Position numbers and translations under genes: made by a program. Positions 6,320-7,485 of a stretch of 7,485 bases of DNA are shown piece after piece; the first letter of the stretch is position 1; every line of letters begins with the position of its first letter. The stretch comes from a virus (taxonomy: Duplodnaviria > Heunggongvirae > Uroviricota > Caudoviricetes), in the IMG/VR virus record IMGVR_UViG_2534682003_000007, positions 1 through 7,485 of that record; one strand, 5' to 3'. Below the pieces are notes generated by a model that was given only the letters and a program-made list of their open reading frames with translations, did no database searches and was not told where the DNA came from.

Positions 6320-7485
6320 TAACGGGGATGGCAATTGACGCCGGTGCCAGCCTTGCACCGGCATTTATGTTGACGCTGAACAGCCAGGACATTACCAGCA
6401 ATTTTAGTGACCGATTGATTTCTCTCACCATGACCGATAACCGGGGTTTTGAGGCTGACCAGCTCGATATTGAGCTTGATGATACCGACGGGAAAGTTGA
6501 GTTACCCCTGCGCGGGGCAGTGCTGACGCTGTGGCTTGGCTGGCAGGGCTCGGCGTTGCTGAATAAGGGGGATTTTACGGTCGATGAGATTGAGCACCGG
6601 GGAGCGCCTGACACCCTGACCATCCGGGCGCGCAGCGCGGACTTTCGCGGCACGCTAAATTCCAGGCGTGAAGAGTCATGGCATGACACCACCATCGGAG
6701 AACTGGTCAGCACCATCGCAAAACGCAATAAACTGACGGCCAGTGTCGCTGATTCACTGAAAAAAATCCCGGTACCGCATATCGACCAGTCGCAGGAGTC
6801 CGACGCGGTGTTTCTGACCCGGCTAGCTGACCGAAACGGAGCTGCGGTGTCAGTGAAAGCGGGGAAATTGCTGTTTCTGAAAGCCGGTAGTGCGATGACG
6901 GCCAGCGGCAGACCCATCCCGCAAATGACGCTGACCCGTAGCAATGGTGACCGTCATCAATTTGCTATTGCCGACCGTGGGGCTTATACCGGCGTAACGG
7001 CAAAATGGTTGCACACCAAAGACCCGAAGCCGCAAAAGCAAAAAGTGACGCTGAAACGCCAGCCAAAAGAGAAACACCTACGCGCACTGGAGCACCCGAA
7101 AGCAAAGCCTGTCAGCAAAAAGACAAAGGCCAAAAAAGAGCAGGAGGCTCGCGAGGGTGAGTATATGGCCGGTGAAGCCGATAACGTGCTGGCGCTGACA
7201 ACGGTCTACGCATCAAAGGCGCAGGCGATGCGTGCCGCTCAGGCTAAGTGGGATAAACTGCAGCGAGGCGTTGCGGAGTTTTCAATCACACTGGCGCTAG
7301 GGCGAGCGGATTTATTTCCTGAGACGCCTGTACGTGTGTCGGGCTTTAAGCGCGTAATAGACGAACAGGTATGGTTAATCAGTAAAGTAACTCACATTCT
7401 GAATAATAGTGGCTTCACGACGGGGTTAGAGCTTGAGGTTAAGCTATCTGATATAGAGTACAGCTCAGAGGAAAGCGAAATATAA
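6316..7485 (+). CDS. D: Tail protein D (P2 gpD homologue; tail hub / late-control protein), 389 aa
   Basis: Complete ORF with a TAA stop at 7483-7485, translationally coupled to U. Its size (389 aa against about 387 for P2 D) and its position as the last gene of the FI-FII-E-T-U-D operon fit the assignment. Confidence 0.88.
   Translation: MITGMAIDAGASLAPAFMLTLNSQDITSNFSDRLISLTMTDNRGFEADQLDIELDDTDGKVELPLRGAVLTLWLGWQGSALLNKGDFTVDEIEHRGAPDTLTIRARSADFRGTLNSRREESWHDTTIGELVSTIAKRNKLTASVADSLKKIPVPHIDQSQESDAVFLTRLADRNGAAVSVKAGKLLFLKAGSAMTASGRPIPQMTLTRSNGDRHQFAIADRGAYTGVTAKWLHTKDPKPQKQKVTLKRQPKEKHLRALEHPKAKPVSKKTKAKKEQEAREGEYMAGEADNVLALTTVYASKAQAMRAAQAKWDKLQRGVAEFSITLALGRADLFPETPVRVSGFKRVIDEQVWLISKVTHILNNSGFTTGLELEVKLSDIEYSSEESEI

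Noticed and set aside
6309-6944. 211-aa minus-strand ORF antisense to D
   Set aside because: It overlaps the conserved D coding frame completely, its translation is Ser/Arg/Ala-rich, and it has no upstream RBS or promoter-like sequence. It is a frame shadow.

Overview
This window is the tail-gene module of a P2-like (Peduovirus-type) prophage, and I did not find a novel or undescribed system in it. The plus strand carries a tightly packed, co-directional operon: tail sheath FI (1120-2298), tail tube FII (2314-2832), chaperone E with its -1 frameshift extension E+E' (2896-3231 / 2896-3383, slippery T_TTT_TTG at 3204-3210), tape measure T (3376-5820), U (5834-6319) and D (6316-7485). The left ~1.1 kb is the most unusual part. 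On the minus strand lie a tail-fibre C-terminal cassette (339-707) and a 3'-partial tail-fibre assembly gene (1-318). Between them and FI sit a hix/gix-like 26-bp crossover site (699-724) and a serine DNA invertase gene cut down to 80 codons (779-1021). I read this as a decayed, probably locked, tail-fibre host-range inversion switch at the position where P2 carries its Z/fun accessory gene. Gene identities come from reading the translations against remembered P2 proteins; no database search was run. All minus-strand ORFs overlapping the tail operon look like frame shadows.
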